Source: Promethearchaeota archaeon
Lineage (GTDB): Archaea; Asgardarchaeota; Lokiarchaeia; Sigyniarchaeales; SOKP01
NCBI GenBank assembly: GCA_048938445.1
Contig: JBHLME010000103.1
Coordinates: forward strand, 1-16,269
DNA: 16,269 nt
Direction: 5' to 3'
The notes below the pieces were generated by a model, which was not told where the DNA came from, did not search any database, and saw only the letters and a program-made list of their open reading frames with translations. Of this stretch, positions 1 through 8,480 are shown piece by piece (the first letter of the stretch is position 1; each line of letters starts with the position of its first letter). A program made the position numbers and the translations under genes.

Positions 1-512
1 GCAACTTCAATTTTTTCATTTCTATTTAGATATCCATGCGTATCGGCATATAATCCTTCAGTATTCTCTCGAATAGATACGAAGTCAACATTTTCAGGTT
101 TCCAAATTTGCCGAAATTCCCCTGAGATTTGATGCGGGACTCCCTCATATAATTTAGTTGGTCGAATGTTCGCATAGAGATCTAAGCCAAATCTTAATCC
201 AAAAAGAACTTCAAGACCAACCATTTTTCCGTCTGGGTAGGAGACTGTTTTACCTGTAGCAGGGTCGGTCCAACCAATTGCGCCTAATAATATCGCATCT
301 GATTCATTTTTACACGTTTCATATGCCTCTACCGGCCACTCTTCCCTTCTATTTATCTTTAGCCAGTACTGGCCACCGCAATCATATTTTATGAATTCAA
401 AATTAAGATTATTTGTAACATTTTCAATTGTATCTAACACTTTTAAAGCCTCTGCCATTACTTCTGGTCCAATTCCGTCACCTGGTAGCACTACTATTTT
501 ATACGTTGTCAT
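1..512 (-). CDS. Isocitrate/isopropylmalate (beta-decarboxylating) dehydrogenase family protein, 3' end outside window
   Basis: Not in the ORF track. Manual translation from ATG at 512: MTTYKIVVLPGDGIGPEVMAEALKVL...SDAILLGAIG...LRFGLDSYANIRPTKLY...VDFVSIRENTEGLY; open to the window edge. GDGIGPEV, LR...YANIRP and RENTEG are family signatures. Confidence 0.93.
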   Translation of the reverse strand, partial: MTTYKIVVLPGDGIGPEVMAEALKVLDTIENVTNNLNFEFIKYDCGGQYWLKINRREEWPVEAYETCKNESDAILLGAIGWTDPATGKTVSYPDGKMVGLEVLFGLRFGLDLYANIRPTKLYEGVPHQISGEFRQIWKPENVDFVSIRENTEGLYADTHGYLNRNEKIEV

Positions 513-602
513 TATATCTTACTTTTATGATTTTATCTTTATCTATGCTAATAAACATAAAAAATTTCATAATTATTAATCTAATAATGAAGAATTAGTA
601 AA

Positions 603-1670
603 TTATTTTTTTAAACGAAATTTTAATTTTTCCGAAATTAAATTTCCCATTTCTTTAGTTGAAAGAGTTTTTAAATCTGGATTTTTTATATCCTCAGTTC
701 TACCTTCAATTAGGGCTTCTTCAATCGCACTTTCAATTTCATTTCCTATTTTGGGTTCATTAAACGATTCTTGCATCATCAATTTCACGCTAAGAATAGT
801 TCCAATAGGATTAGCTACATTTTTCCCTGCGATATCTGGTGCTGAACCATGAATTGCCTCATACATAGACACTCTTCCTGGATGTATATTCCCACTTGAA
901 GCCATTCCTAAACTTCCTATAAGAAATGCAGCTTCATCGCTAATGATATCTCCAAACATATTTCCAGTTACGACAGTTTGATAACTATATGGTTTTCGGA
1001 TAAGCCATTGACAAAAGGCATCAACATACACATCTTCTTTTTGGATATTATGATATTCTTGGCCAATTTCATGGAAAATTTTTCTCCACATTTGGCTCGC
1101 TTTTAAAATATTTGCTTTATCAACCGAAGTAATTTTTGTGTGATTATTTCTTTTAGCAAATTCAAAAGCATATTTTATTATTCTTTCACAACCATGCCTT
1201 GTATAAATCATAATATTTTGCGCTACTTCATCTCTTAAAATTCCGCCAATATTAGCATAAAGACCTTCTGTATTCTCTCTAACAAAAGTAATATCAATTC
1301 CATTACCAATATATTCGTCTTTCAATGGACATCGGTCTCTCAGCGCCTCATATAATTTAACAGGTCGTAAATTTACATATAAATCTAACCAGTGTCTTAT
1401 TCTTAATATAGCATACTCTGCAACACCTTGTGGTAAGCCTGGAATCCCAATTGCTCCAAACAATAAAGCATCGGAATTTTTAATAATATCAAATGATTTT
1501 TTAGGTAAGCTATCCCCAGATTTTTGCCATATTGCACCCCCTGCAGGAGCATCTTGAAATTCGAAATCAAGTTCGGAAAAATCATTGACAACTTTTAATA
1601 TCTTAAGACCTTCCTCCACAACCTCAGGTCCGATTCCATCGCCTTTGCATACCGATATTACTTTTTTCAT
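603..1670 (-). CDS. leuB: 3-isopropylmalate dehydrogenase / isocitrate-isopropylmalate dehydrogenase family
   Basis: GDGIGPEV, YVNLRP, RENTEG, VDKANIL, NMFGDIISDEAA and EAIHGSAPDIAGKNVANP motifs. Exact substrate not determinable by eye. Confidence 0.85.
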   Translation of the reverse strand: MKKVISVCKGDGIGPEVVEEGLKILKVVNDFSELDFEFQDAPAGGAIWQKSGDSLPKKSFDIIKNSDALLFGAIGIPGLPQGVAEYAILRIRHWLDLYVNLRPVKLYEALRDRCPLKDEYIGNGIDITFVRENTEGLYANIGGILRDEVAQNIMIYTRHGCERIIKYAFEFAKRNNHTKITSVDKANILKASQMWRKIFHEIGQEYHNIQKEDVYVDAFCQWLIRKPYSYQTVVTGNMFGDIISDEAAFLIGSLGMASSGNIHPGRVSMYEAIHGSAPDIAGKNVANPIGTILSVKLMMQESFNEPKIGNEIESAIEEALIEGRTEDIKNPDLKTLSTKEMGNLISEKLKFRLKK

Positions 1671-1766
1671 GGAATTCTAATCTTTCATTTATTATATAAA
1701 TAAATATTAATTTGAAATGTTATTAAATTTTCATTAGATTCTCTTAAAAATCAGCTGAATTTTTAA

Positions 1767-3359
1767 TTAACTCTTTTTTCTAAAATAATCGATATTAATA
1801 TTTTCAAAACAACTGTCTATGGATTCTATTTCTTCAAGTTCATGCAATGAAATTCTATTTTTCTCATTAAAATTTTTAGCAGCCCATATAAGTTTATTGA
1901 ATCGTTGATGATGGTGGTGAAACCTCTGATTTGCATACTCTTTTGCTTGCTTTGTGTAAAGAAGGAATGGCCAATCACTCCCCTCCATTAATAATAATTC
2001 CCGAGCGATTTGCTTAAGAATTCTCTCTTCCCATTTATTTGGATTCTGATTGAATTCTAATATATTTTCGAAAGCTTTAATTGACCAATTAATATAAGGC
2101 CAAATCCATCCATGTTCAGGATTTTTCCAAACTTGAAAATGACCTCCTTCACCCCAACTACTCTCTTCCATTCTTATTACTGAAAATTGATCTTTATATT
2201 TTGAAATATAGTCAGAAATCGTTATCATTTCTATTTGTTCATTGTAATAAATCAATTCAAAGACTTTTTTTAACCATTGAATTCCTTCCATCCACCAATG
2301 ACCATATAATTCAAAATCATAAGGAGAAATAATAATTCCTTCAATATTAAACTGATTTTTAAAATTCTTTAATTCACTCTTTATGATGGATATAAAATGA
2401 TTTGCATGAACATCACGTTTTTTCTGTGCTTCTTTAATATTATAGAGCTCTTTTTTTTCATTCTCAATCTTTTTATCTGTGATTTTCCAATAATGTAATC
2501 CGGATTCATGATCTTTTTTGTGAAATTCACGATATATTCCATCACCAGGGTATCCTATTTCTGAATCCCATACTTGTCTACTGGTATTTATATTTCGTCC
2601 AAATACAGTAACACCCGTTTCAAGAATATATCCAAAATTTGTATTTAATCCTATTACATTTCTTTGTTGAAGCAACTTAGCATCTAAAATACCGTGAGAA
2701 TCAACAAAAAAATATTGGATTCCAGAATTGTTTAACCAATAATCAATGCTTTCTCTCAATTTTCCATCAAAATACTTTTTAGGCCTGTAAGCACATTCAG
2801 GAAGCCAAATACCATTCGGCTCTCTATTAAAATATTTTTTATGCGTATCAACTGCTAATTGAATTTGTGAAAATATTCCTGAATCACTCTCAAATAGAGG
2901 TAAAAAACCATGTGTTGCTCCACAAGTTATAAGTTCAATCATACCCTCGTCTTGAAGCCATTTAAAGCTGCCTAAAATATCTCTGTAATAATTGTGATAA
3001 TAAGTATCTAGAATATACTCAAAATTATTTAGATGATAAGTAGCAATCTCTTTTCTTATAGGATGATTATTAAACCGTTTTATATCATTTTTAGCTCTAA
3101 AAATTAAATTATCCATATATTCTGAAAATCTTTGTTTCATATATTCATCTGCAAGCTGGTCTGCCAAAATAGGAGTTATGTTTATAGTTAATGCTGTTTT
3201 AATGCCTTTTTCTTTTAGCCTCCTTAAAATATTTAGCATTGGAATATATGTTTCTAACATGGCTTCAAAAAGGATTTCCTCCCCAAAAGGCCAAACACCT
3301 GATTTTTTTACGTAGGGTATATGCCCATGTAGGACTAATCCAAAAAATCCTTGAGTCAT
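1767..3359 (-). CDS. GH57 family 1,4-alpha-glucan branching enzyme (DUF1957 C-terminus)
   Basis: GH57 conserved regions: LHGHIPY, CGATHGFLPL, WLPECAY (nucleophile Glu), YDFELYGHWW (acid/base Asp), SDWPF. Confidence 0.92.
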   Translation of the reverse strand: MTQGFFGLVLHGHIPYVKKSGVWPFGEEILFEAMLETYIPMLNILRRLKEKGIKTALTINITPILADQLADEYMKQRFSEYMDNLIFRAKNDIKRFNNHPIRKEIATYHLNNFEYILDTYYHNYYRDILGSFKWLQDEGMIELITCGATHGFLPLFESDSGIFSQIQLAVDTHKKYFNREPNGIWLPECAYRPKKYFDGKLRESIDYWLNNSGIQYFFVDSHGILDAKLLQQRNVIGLNTNFGYILETGVTVFGRNINTSRQVWDSEIGYPGDGIYREFHKKDHESGLHYWKITDKKIENEKKELYNIKEAQKKRDVHANHFISIIKSELKNFKNQFNIEGIIISPYDFELYGHWWMEGIQWLKKVFELIYYNEQIEMITISDYISKYKDQFSVIRMEESSWGEGGHFQVWKNPEHGWIWPYINWSIKAFENILEFNQNPNKWEERILKQIARELLLMEGSDWPFLLYTKQAKEYANQRFHHHHQRFNKLIWAAKNFNEKNRISLHELEEIESIDSCFENINIDYFRKKS

Positions 3360-3782
3360 AGTTATAATAATATTTAGTTCCTATAATCATTATTTTAAAT
3401 TACCTTAATAGTTCTTAGATCTTTAATATCTGCATCTACGAATCCTTAACTCATTATATCACATTTTTTAGCAGTAATCTTATTTTGAATTCGATAAATT
3501 TTTCCAGATTATCAAATAATTATATCATATAAAAATAATCATTTAATCTATTGAAAATAATGAATATTCAGTATATTTATTGAATAAAATATTAGTTTTA
3601 AATAAATGAAAACCAAATTATCATTTTTTTGTTCTTTCCACCTATTAAATCCAAAATTAAAGAAAATCTTTGATCTAATGGCTCAGAACTATATCTATCG
3701 CTTTTCTAATAATACATCGCAATTTTGTCGATCGGATGAAATTATTAACCGAAACATAGTCTATCGAAAAATTTACGCAATC

Positions 3783-3790
3783 TTTATATA
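3783..3790 (+). promoter_or_regulatory. Putative archaeal TATA box of the histone gene
   Basis: TTTATATA about 95 nt upstream of the histone start; GGAGG RBS at 3871-3875. Confidence 0.55.
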
Positions 3791-3885
3791 TTTGAACAAA
3801 ATATTATTACTTAATGAAGTTCATGTTAAAAAATGTGAACTTTGTAAAAATAAACTAAAAATTATAATGTGGAGGAATGAAAAAA

Positions 3886-4098
3886 ATGGCTAAAAAAGTT
3901 TTTGCCTGGAGTCCAGTCCGAAAGTTAATGAAAGATAATGGCGCTGAAATGGTCGCAAGAGACGCTGTAGATGCCTTGATTGATTATTTAGAAAAAACTG
4001 CGAAAGGTGTCACCAATAAGGCTTTAGAGATGACTCGACATGCTGGAAGAAAGAAACTTACATTAGAGGATATGGACTTGGCAATGAAATTGATGTAA
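3886..4098 (+). CDS. Archaeal histone (HMfA/HMfB fold, CBFD_NFYB_HMF)
   Basis: SPVRKLMKDNGAEMVARDA...HAGRKKLTLEDMDLA aligns with HMfB. GGAGG lies 10 nt before ATG 3886, favouring this start over 3877. T-rich tracts follow. Confidence 0.93.
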   Translation: MAKKVFAWSPVRKLMKDNGAEMVARDAVDALIDYLEKTAKGVTNKALEMTRHAGRKKLTLEDMDLAMKLM

Positions 4099-4184
4099 TC
4101 TTCAAAAAAATTTTTAAGATTTTGATATTTAAAATTTTTTCTTTTTTTTTATAATTTAACTTTAAAATTGTTTAATTTTTTGAA

Positions 4185-4517
4185 TTAGGCAGAAGGTTTT
4201 TCAGCAACTTTTTTCCATACATTGTAATCTTGACCAGGTTTTAATAAAACAAAATTGTGTCCTTCTTCCTTTTGGACAAAATTGAAAAAATCACAGGCTA
4301 CGCAAGTAAGACATTTTTTTGCATAGGTTCCTTGCTTTTCACCATTACAAAATGTACCAGATATAGCCCAGCATATTCTCCCGCCATTTTTTCCATGATT
4401 TAATGTATTTGCGGAGTTATCAGTTGCAGCAGGACATATACCAAATTCTCCAACCTTTCCCCCTCCTACTTGTCTACCGCATTTCTTAAATTCCCAACAA
4501 TTCTGAAACGTACTCAT
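4185..4517 (-). CDS. Cys-rich 'two-CW domain' protein (putative metal/Fe-S binding)
   Basis: NCWEFKKCGR...CPA...GGRICWAISGTFC...KKCLTCVACDFFNFVQKEEG pattern with two CW dipeptides. Confidence 0.75.
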   Translation of the reverse strand: MSTFQNCWEFKKCGRQVGGGKVGEFGICPAATDNSANTLNHGKNGGRICWAISGTFCNGEKQGTYAKKCLTCVACDFFNFVQKEEGHNFVLLKPGQDYNVWKKVAEKPSA

Positions 4518-4632
4518 CTTATCACATTTTACAATTTTATCAATTTAGTGAAAAAAAATATATATATAATTAAGTGCAATTTTGGCATACATACATTTAA
4601 GTAAAATTTTCATCGAATTTTAAATAAAGAAA

Positions 4633-4731
4633 AAACCTATTTTATGAATTTAATTTTTCCATTAGATTAAGATATTTTATTATTGAGAAATTTTAAATTT
4701 ATACGATATTTGTAAATTAAGGCTTCCTAGC
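4633..4731. repeat. Copy A of ~100-bp imperfect direct repeat (partner 6202-6300)
   Basis: Ungapped alignment at offset 1569; 72/99 identical by hand count, core 4689-4731 36/43, including GGCTTCYTAGC. Confidence 0.75.
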
Positions 4732-5122
4732 CTTAAGCTAAATAGTCTAATCAAAAATTAAATAACAAATTAATCTATTTTTTTCTTTTTTTATTTATTC
4801 TCGTTTTATTATAAAATAGATAATAAATTATTATAAAATTCTATGATTCTTAGGACATAAAAATTTTCTTTTAAATTGCCTAAAGACTATATTTTTATCG
4901 AGCTTTTAAAGAGGAAAGCATAATCTATTACACCTAAGATAACATTGAATAAAGCGAGAATTACTGGTAAACTAGTGTTTTCATTTGCTAATGAACAATC
5001 ATAAATAAATAAGATTTATAAAGTAATATAGAAATAGTAATATTAACAAGGTAATAGCGAGAAATTCATGTTAATTGATTTAAACAAATCTAGATAATTA
5101 TTTTTTAATAAGGTGAAATTCT

Positions 5123-6184
5123 TTGGCACTTTCTTATATAGGGTGGGTTGATGGAATTTCGGCAATAGGCATTGTTATTTTTTGTACTATATTTGGATTA
5201 TTCTTTTTTTACAAATCAAGAAAAGTGAAATTACCACTTCTTTCTTACGCGGGATTGCAGACAATCTTTGTAGGTTTTTTATGGTTAGGGCCCACATGGG
5301 ATTTTTTTTCAATTTGTGTGACTGGTAAAAATTTAGATCCAATTTTATTGTATCCTATTTTAAGTTATATGTGGGCGTCACCAGCAATTATATGTGCTTC
5401 ATATATTTTTACAGAATTAATAATACCTAAAAGAAAAGTACTTATTATGACTTTTTATATAATTTTAGGTATAATATTTGAATTATATTTATTCTTAGAC
5501 ACAAAAAATAGCTTTATTTTTAACCCCTATAATCAAGATGAAGATTTAATTGATGTCCGATTTGCTTTAGGATCTCCAGCATTTACTCTAATCGCAATGT
5601 TTCAACTTTCCAATTTTTTATTTGGGCTTGTATACATATATAGAGCTTTTCAAAGAACAGGTGTACTTAAAAAAAAATATTTCTTTGTAGCGTTTTCATA
5701 TATATTATTCGTATTAATTGCTAGTTTTGATACTTTTTTTTCACCAGGTCCCTTTTTAGCATTAGTAAGAGTGATGATGATAAGTAATATATGGTTATTT
5801 TATTATGGTTTAAGAGAGGAACCAGAAAAAATTGAAAACGCACCAGTTAAAAAAGAGATTGAAATCAAGGAATCATTATTTAGAATATCAAAAGGTTCTG
5901 GCCAAATATCCGAAGAAGAGGTATCCATTTCTAAGGAAAAAAAGATTTGTTTGGTATGTAAGGGAAAAGTCTCAGGTTTCGAAACATTTTTATGCCCTAA
6001 ATGTGAGACGTTTTATTGTCATAAATGCGTTCGAGCCTTAATTGATCAAGAAAACATGTGTTGGGCGTGTAACGCTCCAATTGATAAGTCAAAACCTGTG
6101 AAACCATTTAAGAAAGAAGAAATCAAAATTAAAATCCCGGAAAATCCTCAGAAAAAGCAAAACACTAACAAAACACTTCATTAA
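5123..6184 (+). CDS. 7-TM membrane protein with C-terminal C4C4 RING-like zinc finger
   Basis: AGGTGA RBS (5111-5116) then TTG start. Seven hydrophobic segments in the first ~230 aa, a charged linker, then CLVC-x11-CPKC-x4-CHKC-x10-CWAC. Confidence 0.8.
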   Translation: MALSYIGWVDGISAIGIVIFCTIFGLFFFYKSRKVKLPLLSYAGLQTIFVGFLWLGPTWDFFSICVTGKNLDPILLYPILSYMWASPAIICASYIFTELIIPKRKVLIMTFYIILGIIFELYLFLDTKNSFIFNPYNQDEDLIDVRFALGSPAFTLIAMFQLSNFLFGLVYIYRAFQRTGVLKKKYFFVAFSYILFVLIASFDTFFSPGPFLALVRVMMISNIWLFYYGLREEPEKIENAPVKKEIEIKESLFRISKGSGQISEEEVSISKEKKICLVCKGKVSGFETFLCPKCETFYCHKCVRALIDQENMCWACNAPIDKSKPVKPFKKEEIKIKIPENPQKKQNTNKTLH

Positions 6185-6201
6185 ATCTCAAAAAAAAAAT
6201 T

Positions 6202-6300
6202 AAATCTGCTTTCAGAAATTAGTTTTTTCATAATGATAAGTTATTTTAACTTTATAGAATTTTGAATTTCTATGATATTTATAAGTTAGGGCTTCTTAGC
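6202..6300. repeat. Copy B of ~100-bp imperfect direct repeat (partner 4633-4731)
   Basis: See copy A; lies between the converging 3' ends of the 7TM-RING and PAS genes. Confidence 0.75.
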
Positions 6301-6358
6301 TTCATTGGTACCTTTCTTATTATTTCCATAAATTTTAATCAAATAAGAATCAAAAGAT

Positions 6359-7444
6359 TTAAATATTTCGAGCTATTCCATAGAATCCTTCTTTCTCTCC
6401 TTGTATATTATATCGTAATCCAGCAATTCCCTTAAAAGCAATTTTTTGTCCATCCTCTCTGATCCAAGTTCCTTCAAAACTCATATGAATTTCTTCACTT
6501 TTCCAGAGCTCTGAAAACTTCTTATAGAAATATTCTGAAGTTTTTTCATCATAAAATTCCCGATAATTTTTATTGAGAATATCTTCCTTATGTGAATAAC
6601 CTAAATTTCGGCATAGAACGTTATTGATATAGGTATAATTTCCATATTTATCAAGCTCAAAATACGATTCAATTACAGATTCAACGATAGTTCGATATTT
6701 TTTTTCCGATTCTTTTAGTTTCTGTTCTGCTAGCTTTCTATCATTTATATCTAGCATAATCACTTGTATAAAAGTTTCTTGCTCAATTTTTACATTGTGA
6801 GCGTAAATTGTAAACCAAATCAAATTTTTTTCACTGTTAATTAATTGTATATCAATAGGTTCGATTTCTGACTTTTCTTTAAGTTCAACAAATTTGCGAT
6901 TTAAGAGAGTTATGTATTCTTTTGGTATTTTATCAATTAATTCTTGAAAACTTTCCCCTAATATTTCCTCTCTGCTATATCCATAATCTAATAATTTACG
7001 ATTTATGTCCATGATTATTCCATTTTTGTCTAAAATTAAAACTATAAATGGAATATACTCGAATAGTTGGCGATATTTAACTTCAGATTGAATTAATTTC
7101 TTTTTAATTTCTCGTCTATCTGAAATGTCTTTTGAAAGGATAAACATCTTATATGTAGAATCTTGACTTTTAAAATAATATCCCCGAACTTCAAACCATT
7201 TATAAGTTCCATCTTTGCGTCTAAATCTTAGCTCCAACTTTCCTTTATTCTCTAATACATTTCTAAATTGTTTTGATGTAATTACATCGTCTGGATGCAT
7301 TAAATCTAATGAATTTTTACCGATTAAATCGTCTTTCTCGTAGCCTAACATTCTCTTAAAAGTAGATTCATTAATCCAGAGAAATTCAAATTTGTTGTTT
7401 AACAAGCTAATTAAGTCATTTGCCCCTTCAAAAATAAAATTCAA
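6359..7444 (-). CDS. PAS/PAC domain protein (3 PAS repeats, no output domain); start uncertain
   Basis: LGYEKDDLIGK...HPDD...RRKDGTYKWFEV...DISDRR; SEVKYRQLFE...DINDRKLAEQKLKESEKKYRTIVE...REDGQKI...GIARNI. The frame stays open upstream of 7444 (ITQEISSQLSNI). Confidence 0.88.
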   Translation of the reverse strand: MNFIFEGANDLISLLNNKFEFLWINESTFKRMLGYEKDDLIGKNSLDLMHPDDVITSKQFRNVLENKGKLELRFRRKDGTYKWFEVRGYYFKSQDSTYKMFILSKDISDRREIKKKLIQSEVKYRQLFEYIPFIVLILDKNGIIMDINRKLLDYGYSREEILGESFQELIDKIPKEYITLLNRKFVELKEKSEIEPIDIQLINSEKNLIWFTIYAHNVKIEQETFIQVIMLDINDRKLAEQKLKESEKKYRTIVESVIESYFELDKYGNYTYINNVLCRNLGYSHKEDILNKNYREFYDEKTSEYFYKKFSELWKSEEIHMSFEGTWIREDGQKIAFKGIAGLRYNIQGEKEGFYGIARNI

Positions 7445-7779
7445 TATATTGGATAATTGAGACGAAATTTCTTGCGTTATTCTTATCCCCTTCCAAGAAA
7501 AATCCTAAAATAAATAGAATAGGTCTTGACTTGTTTGTAATAAAAAAAACAATATTCTTTTATAATTGTTTTCTTTAAGTGCTCTGTATAAGATATTGAC
7601 ACGAATTAATTTATTGATAATTGTTTTTATAAGAAATTTTATAGAATCAGCATTTAATTATTTCTCTTTTTTCCGAATAACGTTTTCTGAATAGAATTTT
7701 TTTTCGATAAAATTTTTATTAAATATTGTCCCTTATGAGGAACAAAATAGAAGAAAATTTCGATTCTCTGAAGGAATTT

Positions 7780-8028
7780 TTAACCTCCAGCGATAATTGG
7801 GAATAAAGCAACGATATCTCCGTCTCCAAGAACAAAATCACTTTGAATATGTGGTCTTCCATTAACCATAATAATCAAATTTTTATCGTCCTTAGGAATT
7901 TTATATCTTTTAAGAATTGATTTAATAGTACTCCCTTCTTGCAAGTTTAATACCGTTCGATCTGGTCCATATATCCTTAAATCAGCAAACAATTTAACGG
8001 TTACTGATATAGAATTTTTATCAATCAT
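7780..8028 (-). CDS. MoaD/ThiS/SAMP ubiquitin-like sulfur carrier with C-terminal GG
   Basis: VTVKLFADLR...IMVNGR...LGDGDIVALFPIIAGG*; overlaps the upstream gene by 8 nt. Confidence 0.9.
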   Translation of the reverse strand: MIDKNSISVTVKLFADLRIYGPDRTVLNLQEGSTIKSILKRYKIPKDDKNLIIMVNGRPHIQSDFVLGDGDIVALFPIIAGG

Positions 8029-8308
8029 TTTCCACTTTATTAAAATACCATTTATACAGCAAACTCATTCTTTTAGGGAAAATTGCTACCCGGTCCCCAT
8101 CATTAACTATTTTACTAAATCCTGAATATATCCCACCCACAAAAATATGGCTTGTTTCTGATTCTTCTATTCCAAATTTTTTAAGGATATCAGATACAGT
8201 CTTTATCCCTTTGTTTTCGATAGTCAATGTTATTGGAGCGCCTGAAGTAGCGGTTTGAGATTTTACTTTTTCTCTTAATTCTCCAAACAATTTGAGCAGA
8301 ATTGTCAT
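8021..8308 (-). CDS. MoaD/ThiS-fold protein lacking terminal GG
   Basis: LKLFGELR...HIFVGG...DGDRVAIFP followed by KRMSLLYKWYFNKVEND; AGGAG RBS upstream. Confidence 0.82.
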   Translation of the reverse strand: MTILLKLFGELREKVKSQTATSGAPITLTIENKGIKTVSDILKKFGIEESETSHIFVGGIYSGFSKIVNDGDRVAIFPKRMSLLYKWYFNKVEND

Positions 8309-8480
8309 ACTTTATAAGCTCCTAATTCTATTGAAATAGGGACATCATCAAATGAGGTGGTTCTTTTAAATTATTTTCTTTTGTTATAACTTCAATGTAT
8401 CTAGTATGAATCTCTAAATAAAATCTTTTATTAGTAAGTTATCCAGATTATAAACTATATAGTCGGCTTCAATCATTCGA

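Noticed and set aside
391-579. 62-aa + strand ORF
   Set aside because: Antisense shadow of the dehydrogenase starting at 512.
1403-1591. 62-aa alternate-frame ORF
   Set aside because: Nested in leuB; no motifs.
3814-3858. 14-codon uORF in the histone leader
   Set aside because: Short ORFs of this size are expected by chance; it overlaps the hairpin and has no other support.
3606-3893. 95-aa ORF upstream of the histone (contains CELC)
   Set aside because: Runs across the histone TATA box, leader hairpin and RBS; composition mirrors AT-rich intergenic DNA.
5832-6041. 69-aa alternate-frame ORF
   Set aside because: Nested in the 7TM-RING gene.
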